DNA of 64,000 nt from a virus: positions 1-64,000 of IMG/VR virus record IMGVR_UViG_3300031965_000005. One strand, written 5' to 3'. This document shows, piece after piece, positions 35,874 through 44,507 of this stretch; within the stretch, counting starts at the first letter, position 1, and each line of letters begins with the position of its first letter. Under the pieces are notes generated by a model. It was not told the origin of the DNA, searched no databases, and saw nothing but the letters and a program-made list of their open reading frames with translations. The position numbers were made by a program, and so were the translations under genes.

Positions 35874-36492
35874 ACACTCCTATGTAATGAGGTGATGATA
35901 GGCTCCAGTCCCGAATTACTACATATCTGACTTCTGGATAGACAGTTAGAACTAGCTTCTTTATAGCCTCATGTGATGATACATTATCTTCCACAATTTG
36001 CCATTCCCCATTAACGTCAGCTAACACCCACTGGCTCCCATTATGATATACTGCAATAGCATGTCCAGAATCTAGAAGCCCAAGAGCCACGAAATAAGAC
36101 TCATAATCCTTGCGCCCCGAAATATAAGCTATGAGTCGAGCATAATCATCACAGTCCCCCTCCATCTCAGCGAATGCCACTAAAGGATGATCAGCTATAT
36201 CAAGCCATCCATCATTAGCATATATCCAGTTGGAATCGACAAAATCCGTCAAATCTTCGATGGAGAAGTCGTGTATGATTGCATCAAATCTACGGTGCAA
36301 AGAATTGGATAACACAAATTTATGAAGTGTATCATTCATGATGTAGAGCACTATTCGTGCTTTGTCACAGAAGATAAACTGCGCAAGCCCATCAGTCCTC
36401 AGCCAAACAAACAAAGTACCGTTTACTGCGCTACTTAGTAATAGAGCTATCGCAAGTGTTTGTAATCTTACCTTCCACCAAGGAAGCTTCAT
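35863..36492 (-). CDS. signal-anchored transglutaminase-like / papain-fold cysteine peptidase
   Basis: N-terminal hydrophobic anchor LQTLAIALLLSSAV. Cys-His-Asp contexts: EGDCDDYARLIAYI, SGHAIAVY and VLADVNG. Confidence 0.6.
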   Translation of the reverse strand: MKLPWWKVRLQTLAIALLLSSAVNGTLFVWLRTDGLAQFIFCDKARIVLYIMNDTLHKFVLSNSLHRRFDAIIHDFSIEDLTDFVDSNWIYANDGWLDIADHPLVAFAEMEGDCDDYARLIAYISGRKDYESYFVALGLLDSGHAIAVYHNGSQWVLADVNGEWQIVEDNVSSHEAIKKLVLTVYPEVRYVVIRDWSLSSPHYIGVYDE

Positions 36493-36763
36493 CTTTTCGC
36501 GATGCTCTCCTATATACGTTCACCAAAATCATAGAACCTACACCTGATCCTAATGCATATGCTATTATAACCCAGAAGTTCTGCAGATTCTCAAAGACTA
36601 TCCGCAATACTAAATAAACAATAGCAACATAAATGAAGCCATTTATCCCACTAATTAGTGCTTGCCCCTTAGCAATTGTTTTAGTATGCCATGCACTAAT
36701 AAAATCTTCGATCATACCCACAAAGAACAAAATCACGCATAACATAGCAAGCTCGGAACTCAT
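36431..36763 (-). CDS. small polytopic membrane protein (UPF0316/DUF2179 N-terminal-like)
   Basis: 110 aa with 3 TM helices. ...NFWVIIAYALGSGVGSMI resembles the UPF0316 membrane domain. Confidence 0.4.
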   Translation of the reverse strand: MSSELAMLCVILFFVGMIEDFISAWHTKTIAKGQALISGINGFIYVAIVYLVLRIVFENLQNFWVIIAYALGSGVGSMILVNVYRRASRKDEASLVEGKITNTCDSSITK

Positions 36764-37341
36764 TGCTTATCTACCCCAACTAACCTCTTCCCATAAGTAC
36801 TTTCAAGAAATTCCATTAGATCATTCCAACTTCTAAAAATCTTACCGTGACGCCTAACAACTCTCAAAATCCAGTAACTCCATTCTGAGAGAGGATCATA
36901 GCTGACTACATACACAGGCACTTGCGAATGGAGGACTGCCTCCCAAATTTCGCAAATCGTACCTGTCGATTTAACATTTGGCTTCATTAGTGCAATTACA
37001 AAATCGGATTCCCTCACCAATCTGACATCACGATCAATTAACAGATCGACATAATGATCAAATTTCTCCCAATCTTCATTTCTCACACACTCCTCTATCA
37101 TGTCTTTCACAGACACCGGATCACCTAACTCTTTAGCTTCATAGATAGTAGGATCAAGCACTTCAATATTAAGGTTCGTCAGGAAGCTAGTTAGCCTTCT
37201 TCGCCATTCTACTCCACCATCATTAGTGTCTTGGATGGGGCCAGCTAGATAAACTTTGAGTGGGCGATTAACCAACTCTTCAGGAGTCTTAAGTTTCGGC
37301 ATGCTACCACCACTATCCATTAAAATTTTTCTATCTGACAT
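36760..37341 (-). CDS. nucleoside 2-deoxyribosyltransferase-like protein
   Basis: 193 aa. KVYLAGPIQD and STGTICEIWEA are typical of the NDT/Rcl-like family. Confidence 0.6.
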   Translation of the reverse strand: MSDRKILMDSGGSMPKLKTPEELVNRPLKVYLAGPIQDTNDGGVEWRRRLTSFLTNLNIEVLDPTIYEAKELGDPVSVKDMIEECVRNEDWEKFDHYVDLLIDRDVRLVRESDFVIALMKPNVKSTGTICEIWEAVLHSQVPVYVVSYDPLSEWSYWILRVVRRHGKIFRSWNDLMEFLESTYGKRLVGVDKQ

Positions 37342-37353
37342 TTAGTTTACCTC

Positions 37354-37932
37354 CTATGCAATAGGGTAAACATCACCGTTTCTCTCTATTGCTTCATCCT
37401 CATATGGTGCAACATACTTGCGATAATATTCACGTTTACATTCTTTCAGCACTGAAAGAGCTTCATAATGGTCTGTAGGATCTACTACATCTCCATAGAC
37501 TCCTACCAAAAATCGAGTAATCACATAATTAACTACTCCACATTTCTTCTCTACAAGAGAGATATTATGGTTAATCTTTCGAGCTATGGATTCTATCCTA
37601 ACATCGACTAGATCACGAAGGCTTATATCTACATCGGGATAAATAGCAAACCGATCATAGATCTTCTGGGTTTTGTCTATACCTACCGTTCGGCGTTTGT
37701 ATTCTTGCCTTGCACATTCTAGTATGCCCATGACCTCATTGTATTCAGAATAATTTTTAGGGGCATATGCATCGGTCAATATCTTGAGAATAATGTAAGC
37801 AGATACTCCCATACGGTGTTCCATCAGAAGGAGATTCCACTTGACCCACTCTATTAAGTCATTTAGTGGTGCATCGATTAATTGTCGTCGATCCGTGTCT
37901 ATATATGGCATTGAGAAAAGATTCCTGCCCAC
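37354..37932 (-). CDS. hypothetical protein with an internal two-fold repeat
   Basis: The two halves share GVxxYxIxxxLxxxY...YxExxxxLxECxxEYxR. Confidence 0.5.
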   Translation of the reverse strand: MGRNLFSMPYIDTDRRQLIDAPLNDLIEWVKWNLLLMEHRMGVSAYIILKILTDAYAPKNYSEYNEVMGILECARQEYKRRTVGIDKTQKIYDRFAIYPDVDISLRDLVDVRIESIARKINHNISLVEKKCGVVNYVITRFLVGVYGDVVDPTDHYEALSVLKECKREYYRKYVAPYEDEAIERNGDVYPIA

Positions 37933-37946
37933 CCCATTTTCTTACA

Positions 37947-38711
37947 TCAGATCCCTTTTATTTTATCTATTTTAATCTTGCCCGTATTCTTATCAAATGG
38001 TGCTGAACACCACTTACCACACGCCTGACATTGTAATCGAGCGTATTCTATAACGGTACTACGTTGGTAGCCTCGGCGATGCAATCGTCCAACAACGCCA
38101 CAACGCGGACAAGCCTCGACATTCCCAGACCACAGACGATAATTTGGAACGTTTTTGGGCGATAGGGGACGAATTTCACTGTAAAGATTCGTCAAAACCT
38201 TAATGTCTTGCACACAGTGCTCAATGACATATCTGATACTAGGGACATGTCCCGCTCTTGCCCGCTTCCATATTCGCAGGTTCAACAATGTTTTGCTCTC
38301 AAACCCCGCAAATTCGGTCAAAGACTGTAAACGGTTGCTATGCATCTTCAATTTCTTCTTTGATATTAACCATGTATCGTCTAACGGAATTGGTGGTAAC
38401 ACAGGTAAATATTTAAATCGTTTTCGATGATCAAACAGTCGCGTTTGAAAATACTGAGGATCAAAATATGTTCCAAAATGTGCTACATGAGCATCAGCTT
38501 GCTCAAAGACCTTCAAAAAGTCTCGAACAACATAGAAATCATCCGTACAATTCTTCTTGAACGTTTTTGGATAGTCTAGTAGTGATATTGTATGAATCTT
38601 ACTCTCACCCAACCACTGGTAACTAACACAAATAATAAACCCTATATCGGCACTTAGATCGCTTGTCTCCAAGTCCCAAATTAAAATCTTTGGCTCTTTA
38701 TTACTTGTCAT
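37947..38711 (-). CDS. DEDD 3'-5' exonuclease (RNaseH-fold) with C-terminal zinc ribbon
   Basis: ILIWDLETSDL (ExoI), HFGTYFDPQYF (ExoII), HCVQDIKVL (ExoIII), then CPRCG...CQACG. Confidence 0.65.
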   Translation of the reverse strand: MTSNKEPKILIWDLETSDLSADIGFIICVSYQWLGESKIHTISLLDYPKTFKKNCTDDFYVVRDFLKVFEQADAHVAHFGTYFDPQYFQTRLFDHRKRFKYLPVLPPIPLDDTWLISKKKLKMHSNRLQSLTEFAGFESKTLLNLRIWKRARAGHVPSIRYVIEHCVQDIKVLTNLYSEIRPLSPKNVPNYRLWSGNVEACPRCGVVGRLHRRGYQRSTVIEYARLQCQACGKWCSAPFDKNTGKIKIDKIKGI

Positions 38712-39039
38712 TATTTCCCTCCCCTAGCAAATCGTCCAGAGCTTTTTTCAGACCACCGCCACTGGTTTTATTTTCCGCATTGATCGATTTTCGCCAGTCT
38801 GCATCAATAATTTCCAATTCTTTGTATAGATCGCTCGGCAATGATTCTATCAATTCAGCAATCCGGAGAGTCATTTCCAAATTTCTAAGCCCTACTTGCT
38901 GCAGACCATTGGCAATCTCCTGAACCGTCGCTTCATAATACACCGCCATTTCTTTACAGGATAAAACCAATGTATAGATCGATTGGGCTAGAGATTTATT
39001 GCTCATAACATGCGTCCTGCTGGTCATGTGTGATACCAC
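38701..39039 (-). CDS. hypothetical protein
   Basis: 112 aa. Confidence 0.5.
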   Translation of the reverse strand: MVSHMTSRTHVMSNKSLAQSIYTLVLSCKEMAVYYEATVQEIANGLQQVGLRNLEMTLRIAELIESLPSDLYKELEIIDADWRKSINAENKTSGGGLKKALDDLLGEGNNDK

Positions 39040-39044
39040 AAGAA

Positions 39045-40733
39045 CTACGCTGCATAGACTCTTGAGATCCCATTCTCTTTTCTCACCTCTACGACGTTCT
39101 CATAACGATCGCTGATATCTGCGTGAGTAATAATTATAACTCTATCGAATTGCGGCGACAACATCTTAGATAATTCCACAAATTTATCCCTTCCAATTCC
39201 ATCTAGAGAGCCAAAACCTTCATCTATAATAAGTGTTGAGCATTTGTAATTATTTCGTCGAGCCAAAACACTGGACAATGCTATCCGTAAAGCCAAATCT
39301 ACTCTGAACTTCTCTCCACCAGAAAGTATATCATAGAGCCGTGATCCTTTCAATGATTGTACTATTATTTCAAGCGTATCACTGGTGCCACCTGATTTTA
39401 GAGATTTTTGCGTTTGCATGGACAAGCTCATCGTGCCAGACAATACTTCCAAAATGTGATTAGCTATCTCTTCTATCTCAGGGACTACATTTTCCACTAC
39501 TAGCGCGGGGATTCCGCCTTTACCGAAGGCTCTTTCCAATAGACCATATCTTGATAAAACCTGCTTATTCTCCTGTATGGAACATTCTAATGATGCAACC
39601 ATTCTCCCAAGCTCAGCGCTTCTCTTTTCCTCTGCCATGGCTGTACCATGAGCAACATGCAACTTCTGTAGCTCAGAAGATATAGTTGCCTCTTTCAGTT
39701 TCATGGATCTTAATGTAGAAGTCGATCGTTCTATATCTGAAGATGCACCCGATAAATTTCTCTCTATGTCCATTATTTGATGTTGATATTTTGAGATTGA
39801 ATCGATGAGTTTCTCTATTTCATTGGCATATTCTTCTTCTATGTTATTCATTGTCTGATCATCTATAGAGGAAAAACACAACGGGCATTTGTTCTTCGAT
39901 TCTACTAGTTTACGCAGTCTAGCTTCCAGTTTACTCCGCTGACTTGCTGAGTCTGTCGATTGCGCCCTCAAATGATCCGACTGAGATCTAAGAGTATTCA
40001 TAGATTCCAACTTCACCCTAATATGTTCTTCCTCGTGAGCCATTTCCTTTTTGATACTGTCCAATTCGACTTGTGCCTTATGAATTTGTGATGCCAACTG
40101 ATTACTATCGGTAATTACCGCATTTAATGCAGATATTTGATTGTTATACAAATTTAGCTGAGCGGATCCGGTATCTATTTTAGCACGACAAGCGGCAATT
40201 CTTTGCCGAACTTGCTGAAGATAGAGCTCATAGACTTCTAGGTTTAATATGGACATCAAAACTTTCTTAGATTCTCTAGGAGACATTGCACTAAAGCTAT
40301 CAGATTTGCCTTGTTCAATGCAAGAGGTACACACAAAAATTTCATAAGTCATACCCAATAAAGATTCGATAACTTTTTGAGTCTCTGCTATTGTAGCCCC
40401 ATTTAGGCTTCTATCGCAACCCGTCTCTCTTATACTTAGATTTAGTGTACTTTTCTGATTTCTACTCCTTGTCCTTTTAACTATATATTCCGATTGACCA
40501 AGACGAAACTCTACGATGACTTCGCAATACTTCTCGCCTTCCGATATAATATCATCCAAACCGCCTCGCGCCCTACCGAACAAAGCCCAAGTAATGGAAT
40601 CTTTGAATAATGAGGATTTCCCCGCGCCATTCTGACCCACTACCACAGTTAGGCTTGAATTATCTTTGAAATTGATTGTAGTATCTTTATGCGACAAGAA
40701 ATTTGAAAGCTCGATAGCTTGGATATTCATCAA
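39045..40733 (-). CDS. sbcC: SbcC/Rad50-like SMC ATPase
   Basis: Walker A GQNGAGKSS, long coiled coil with a CPLC zinc hook, signature LSGGEKFRV, Walker B LIIDEGFGSLD. Confidence 0.8.
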   Translation of the reverse strand: MMNIQAIELSNFLSHKDTTINFKDNSSLTVVVGQNGAGKSSLFKDSITWALFGRARGGLDDIISEGEKYCEVIVEFRLGQSEYIVKRTRSRNQKSTLNLSIRETGCDRSLNGATIAETQKVIESLLGMTYEIFVCTSCIEQGKSDSFSAMSPRESKKVLMSILNLEVYELYLQQVRQRIAACRAKIDTGSAQLNLYNNQISALNAVITDSNQLASQIHKAQVELDSIKKEMAHEEEHIRVKLESMNTLRSQSDHLRAQSTDSASQRSKLEARLRKLVESKNKCPLCFSSIDDQTMNNIEEEYANEIEKLIDSISKYQHQIMDIERNLSGASSDIERSTSTLRSMKLKEATISSELQKLHVAHGTAMAEEKRSAELGRMVASLECSIQENKQVLSRYGLLERAFGKGGIPALVVENVVPEIEEIANHILEVLSGTMSLSMQTQKSLKSGGTSDTLEIIVQSLKGSRLYDILSGGEKFRVDLALRIALSSVLARRNNYKCSTLIIDEGFGSLDGIGRDKFVELSKMLSPQFDRVIIITHADISDRYENVVEVRKENGISRVYAA

Positions 40734-40897
40734 CTTGCTCCAGATAATCCACTTATATCAACATTAAGCGGATCAATTTCTAAATATTCTCCACAGTTTA
40801 TGCAATTTAAGATGGCAATATCTCCAGACGGGGCTCTTATGATGGATAGAACAACGAGATCGATGGACTGACAATAGGAACAATTAGCTTCTTGCAT
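40730..40897 (-). CDS. small zinc-ribbon protein coupled to sbcC
   Basis: Start trimmed to MQEANCSYC (GGGAG RBS). Contains CSYC...CINCG. ATGA overlap with sbcC. Confidence 0.45.
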   Translation of the reverse strand: MQEANCSYCQSIDLVVLSIIRAPSGDIAILNCINCGEYLEIDPLNVDISGLSGAS

Positions 40898-41155
40898 CCC
40901 GATCTCCCTTGTTTGTGTTAGGATGGCTCTGGGTTGCTCGTTCATGAAGCGATGCCGCCAATTTTCGCAGTAATCTCGCTATATTGTCAGTCGCTTCACG
41001 TTCCCATTTCATACTTCCAACTTGGTAATAACGATATGAAATTGCTTTGTCAAGTAAATATGCACTCGCTTGTTCTAAGCCAATACTTATACCAACTCTA
41101 TACGCTTCATCCAAATCTTCCTCAGTTATTTCATCTTCTGTAGTGTTAGTCATAT
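40880..41155. repeat. segmental duplication, copy A (~275 bp)
   Basis: Aligns by eye with 41888-42155 over its full length, with long identical runs such as GATGCCGCCAATTTTCGCA and AATCTCGCTATATTGTCA. Confidence 0.75.
40884..41153 (-). CDS. duplicated small protein, copy A
   Basis: Start trimmed to MTNTTEDEITEEDL. Ends ...NIARLLRKLAASLHERATQSHPNT. Paralog of 41891..42154. Confidence 0.5.
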   Translation of the reverse strand: MTNTTEDEITEEDLDEAYRVGISIGLEQASAYLLDKAISYRYYQVGSMKWEREATDNIARLLRKLAASLHERATQSHPNTNKGDRDARS

Positions 41156-41344
41156 TGCCTTTTGCTCCCCATCTTCTGCAGGACTCCGTACCCAAATTTC
41201 ATTTCCATCTTCATCGATTATGGCAATTTCATATTGATCCTTTATCGAGTTCAGCCTATACTTATAGCATGGCTCAGGAAATGGACTTCGTAAACGCACA
41301 GCCCTACACCATATCTCCTGCGAATTTGCCTCAAGTGCTGACAT
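41150..41344 (-). CDS. hypothetical protein
   Basis: 64 aa. ATGA overlap. Confidence 0.5.
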   Translation of the reverse strand: MSALEANSQEIWCRAVRLRSPFPEPCYKYRLNSIKDQYEIAIIDEDGNEIWVRSPAEDGEQKAI

Positions 41345-41357
41345 TTTATATCTCCAT

Positions 41358-41558
41358 CTACTGCAGCGCCGCTTTAATTAATCTTTTTTGGCATCTACTC
41401 TTCTTTACCGCCCTCAAGGCATCCCACAAGGCGGGATTCCATTCAAGCTGTGGCCAGTTGAGGTTTTTGTTCACAACAACTACTATGCCATGTTTACTTA
41501 AATCATAAATACCATCATCATTTTTACATACCTCGACAATGCACCAATATTTTGCCAT
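41358..41558 (-). CDS. hypothetical protein
   Basis: Start trimmed to MAKYWCIVEV, with GGAGGAG 8 nt upstream. Confidence 0.45.
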   Translation of the reverse strand: MAKYWCIVEVCKNDDGIYDLSKHGIVVVVNKNLNWPQLEWNPALWDALRAVKKSRCQKRLIKAALQ

Positions 41559-41851
41559 TCTAACATCTCCTCCCATGTTACAAATCGCAACAAACCGCCT
41601 CGTTTCCCTCTCTTAATGTGATTTCTTATGCGCATAAGCTGATACCATAATTCGTATCGTAGCCCATACCCGCGCTGAAACACATAAGGAACTGACCAAT
41701 TCCACCACTTTTTGGGGCCTTTATACAACCACCAAAAAGCTATACAATCCAATACATCTAATCCATACAGATCACGAAAAATAGCATCGGCCCAATTTTC
41801 ATAGCCCTGTGGTCGCCCATATTTTGACAAATAATTAAACCAAGCTCTCAT
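41498..41851 (-). CDS. hypothetical Trp/Tyr-rich protein
   Basis: 117 aa. Confidence 0.45.
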   Translation of the reverse strand: MRAWFNYLSKYGRPQGYENWADAIFRDLYGLDVLDCIAFWWLYKGPKKWWNWSVPYVFQRGYGLRYELWYQLMRIRNHIKRGKRGGLLRFVTWEEMLEWQNIGALSRYVKMMMVFMI

Positions 41852-41887
41852 CTTTCTGTAGCTCTTTCTTGAAGTACATTTTTAGTC

Positions 41888-42155
41888 CAATTAACTTCTT
41901 GCATTCCGATCTTCCTTGTGCGTGTTGGGGTGACACTGAGTGGCTCGTTCATGGAGAGATGCCGCCAATTTTCGCAACAATCTCGCTATATTGTCAATCT
42001 CTGTGCATCTTATATCGTCATCACCAAGCTCGAAGTAAGAAATTGCTTTGTCAAGTAAATATTTACTCGCTTGTTTTAAACCACTACTTATACCGACACC
42101 ATATGCTCTGTCCAAATCTGCCTCAGTTATTTCATCTTCTGCATCATTAGTCATA
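41888..42155. repeat. segmental duplication, copy B
   Basis: See copy A. It also retains an 18-codon remnant of the zinc-ribbon gene start (MQEVNWTKNVLQERATER). Confidence 0.75.
41891..42154 (-). CDS. duplicated small protein, copy B
   Basis: MTNDAEDEITEADL...NIARLLRKLAASLHERATQCHPNT. Confidence 0.5.
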   Translation of the reverse strand: MTNDAEDEITEADLDRAYGVGISSGLKQASKYLLDKAISYFELGDDDIRCTEIDNIARLLRKLAASLHERATQCHPNTHKEDRNARS

Positions 42156-42157
42156 TC

Positions 42158-42298
42158 TTATATCTCCATCATTTCTACTTGACCTTGCTTTCGTAACCAA
42201 TCAAGAAGATTATCAAACGATTGACCAATAAACTTTTTAATAATGGGAGATTCGCCATGTACAATATGGTTATCATCAACTGCTACACAGATTGTCAT
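42158..42298 (-). CDS. 46-aa hypothetical protein (below track cutoff)
   Basis: My translation is MTICVAVDDNHIVHGESPIIKKF.... Confidence 0.3.
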   Translation of the reverse strand: MTICVAVDDNHIVHGESPIIKKFIGQSFDNLLDWLRKQGQVEMMEI

Positions 42299-42324
42299 TT
42301 GGGGGGTTGAGAGGTAGTAACGCT

Positions 42325-42711
42325 TCATTCTAGGCTCGTATATTCTTCAAGACTGTTAGCTATTTTAACCCACAACCCCCGTTGTATTGAATTTATCGTC
42401 TCGTCAACACTTGCAATCCATATAAGATTGGCGTCGTTGAGATATACAAATCCAAATTCCTTGGGATTTCCCATAGTAATCAACATACATTTCCGATCAT
42501 CTTTGTTTATGTATATGCCACCTATTATCGCCACCGGACTCTCAACAAATTTGATATTGAACAAGTTAGAAAATAATCGTCTTATTGCTTTTTGCCCTTC
42601 TTTGCATACACCAGGTATAGCATCTATATCTTTTTTCAACTGAATAATGTCTATATTGAACTCTTGAGGAGTAATCGCACTAGTACCACTCTCCTTATAT
42701 ATTATTGGCAT
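42325..42711 (-). CDS. hypothetical protein
   Basis: ATG start MPIIYKESG chosen over the upstream GTG used by the track. Confidence 0.5.
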   Translation of the reverse strand: MPIIYKESGTSAITPQEFNIDIIQLKKDIDAIPGVCKEGQKAIRRLFSNLFNIKFVESPVAIIGGIYINKDDRKCMLITMGNPKEFGFVYLNDANLIWIASVDETINSIQRGLWVKIANSLEEYTSLE

Positions 42712-42862
42712 TTTTATCCTCACTATTTTCTCTATCTAACAACCCTTCATCACAAAATATTTCAACGGTCTTAGTTTCATTTCTGTGCATCCAATCACCA
42801 TACTTATTTTGAAACCTGTTCCATCCATTTTTACAACCAAAACAATTTGAGTCAATTATCAT
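42695..42862 (-). CDS. 55-aa Cys-containing peptide (below track cutoff)
   Basis: My translation is MIIDSNCFGCKNGWNRF.... Confidence 0.3.
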   Translation of the reverse strand: MIIDSNCFGCKNGWNRFQNKYGDWMHRNETKTVEIFCDEGLLDRENSEDKNANNI

Positions 42863-42992
42863 AATCCAAATTCTCTCTTTTTAATGCTTCTGCCCTACAA
42901 CTGTGCCCATCATCTTTATATACGTCAATTTTACCACATGTTGAGCATACTTGAACTATTGAGTTGAACGGCTTTAACTCTTCATCGCTCAT
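42852..42992 (-). CDS. 46-aa zinc-ribbon-like peptide (below track cutoff)
   Basis: ATGA overlap with the RNA ligase stop. My translation is MSDEELKPFNSIVQVCSTCGK...HSC. Confidence 0.3.
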   Translation of the reverse strand: MSDEELKPFNSIVQVCSTCGKIDVYKDDGHSCRAEALKRENLDYDN

Positions 42993-44008
42993 GGCTGTAT
43001 GACTCGCTCTTTAAGCACATCTTTCAAGACCTGTAGACATTTTTTAGGAGCAACTTTTCTAATTCTATCGAAGTTAATAGAATCAAATTCTTTCACCAAT
43101 GTCCAACATTCTTCTTTCATAATATCTTCAATTAATGCTTTCGGAAGATGGTGCATTAACGGCATGTCCAATTTATGTCCACTTTCTTCGGTGAGTCTCA
43201 GCATAGCTTTTCTAATCCGCGCTTCCGTATAGAAAGTATCTATAAATTTGGTAGTATCATCGTTTAACGGCTTTATCCAACCGCCTTTATTGTTAAAGGC
43301 TGCTGCATTAGCTTCTTTAAATTCTTCACGCACGATTTTGGCGAAGAGTTGTCTTTCATAGATGTTCTTCCTAAAATAATTCTTAATGACGATTCCTTCC
43401 ATCAAACCATCATAATAAGCACTTTTACTTATGAAATTTTCAAGTCTGGTTAAATCTAATTCAGACACTTTGCAACGAGTAATTAAAGGAACTACGGGTA
43501 AGCCTAACCTATCATACTCATCTTTCATACCTTGATATGGGATAAACACACCAGTACGAATATCTCTTATATCAAATCCTACAAATTTGGGCATAGTATC
43601 CCAAGCGTAGTTAATGGTATGTTTCTTACACCACTCCCCATAATAAACGTAATCAGGATTGAGCAGATCACCAGCGGTCTTTTCTGCCCCGACCCCATTT
43701 CCAAAGAGCTTCCCCAAGATCCATCCCGCATTTTCTCCAAATTGTTTATTTTGGGCGCTCCCATCTCCAACTCTAAACTGATTATTACGACTACCGAAGA
43801 TAATTTCTCCATCATGGAGTCTGAATTGCCCATTGCCACCGCCTATCTTCTCGGTAATCACTACAACATCATCAGGATAATCAAAGATATTCTCATTCTC
43901 TTCGTGACCTAAACGAGAAATGTCACAGTATTTTATCATTTGGGGAAAGTTTTTAGGTGCCATTTTATTTAATTTAACACTTCTTTTCTTCCTGGCTCTA
44001 ATTTCCAT
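42989..44008 (-). CDS. Rnl2-family RNA ligase-like nucleotidyltransferase
   Basis: 339 aa. Motif I TEKIGGGNGQF (compare T4 Rnl2 EKIHGTN), III YYGEW, IIIa FVGFDI, IV EGIVIKN, V FAKIVREEF. Confidence 0.65.
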   Translation of the reverse strand: MEIRARKKRSVKLNKMAPKNFPQMIKYCDISRLGHEENENIFDYPDDVVVITEKIGGGNGQFRLHDGEIIFGSRNNQFRVGDGSAQNKQFGENAGWILGKLFGNGVGAEKTAGDLLNPDYVYYGEWCKKHTINYAWDTMPKFVGFDIRDIRTGVFIPYQGMKDEYDRLGLPVVPLITRCKVSELDLTRLENFISKSAYYDGLMEGIVIKNYFRKNIYERQLFAKIVREEFKEANAAAFNNKGGWIKPLNDDTTKFIDTFYTEARIRKAMLRLTEESGHKLDMPLMHHLPKALIEDIMKEECWTLVKEFDSINFDRIRKVAPKKCLQVLKDVLKERVIQP

Positions 44009-44172
44009 TTATGTCCACATTCTGAATAATAAAGCGAGGTCAAACCCCCATCAATACTATGAGTTTGTGTAATATAACCGCAAACGGGACAAGTACGTTC
44101 ATATCGTTCAAAATTCTGCATGGATACAGTAGGCAAAATATTATCTGCCATCATAAAATCCACTTGTTCCAA
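43969..44172 (-). CDS. small zinc-ribbon protein
   Basis: 67 aa with CPVCGY...CGHKW. Confidence 0.5.
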   Translation of the reverse strand: MEQVDFMMADNILPTVSMQNFERYERTCPVCGYITQTHSIDGGLTSLYYSECGHKWKLEPGRKEVLN

Positions 44173-44329
44173 TCTCTACTGATACCTTGTGTTTTTTAGA
44201 TTTTGCGTGGTTTCTAGCTAATCTATTTGCAGTCATATAATTATCAGAGTTCCAATCACAATTTGTGCACTCAGCTATACAGTGAACTACACCAAACAAC
44301 TTCTTTAGTTTAGTAAGATTTTTAGTCAT
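44141..44329 (-). CDS. small zinc-binding protein
   Basis: 62 aa with HCIAECTNCDW...H. Confidence 0.5.
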   Translation of the reverse strand: MTKNLTKLKKLFGVVHCIAECTNCDWNSDNYMTANRLARNHAKSKKHKVSVEIGTSGFYDGR

Positions 44330-44507
44330 CGGCTATCTTTTCTTCAATAACAAACGGTCTATTCATTTGATCTATAAATCGCTTATCACATTTAGCACAT
44401 TCAAATTCAGTTCTACCATCTCGCCTGAAAGCGACAATCTCAAGATAAAGTGAGAGTAGCAAATGATTAATAGTATCACAAGAATTAGAACAATGTTTGT
44501 TTATCAT
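44322..44507 (-). CDS. small zinc-binding protein
   Basis: 61 aa with CSNSC...CAKCDK. Confidence 0.45.
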   Translation of the reverse strand: MINKHCSNSCDTINHLLLSLYLEIVAFRRDGRTEFECAKCDKRFIDQMNRPFVIEEKIADD

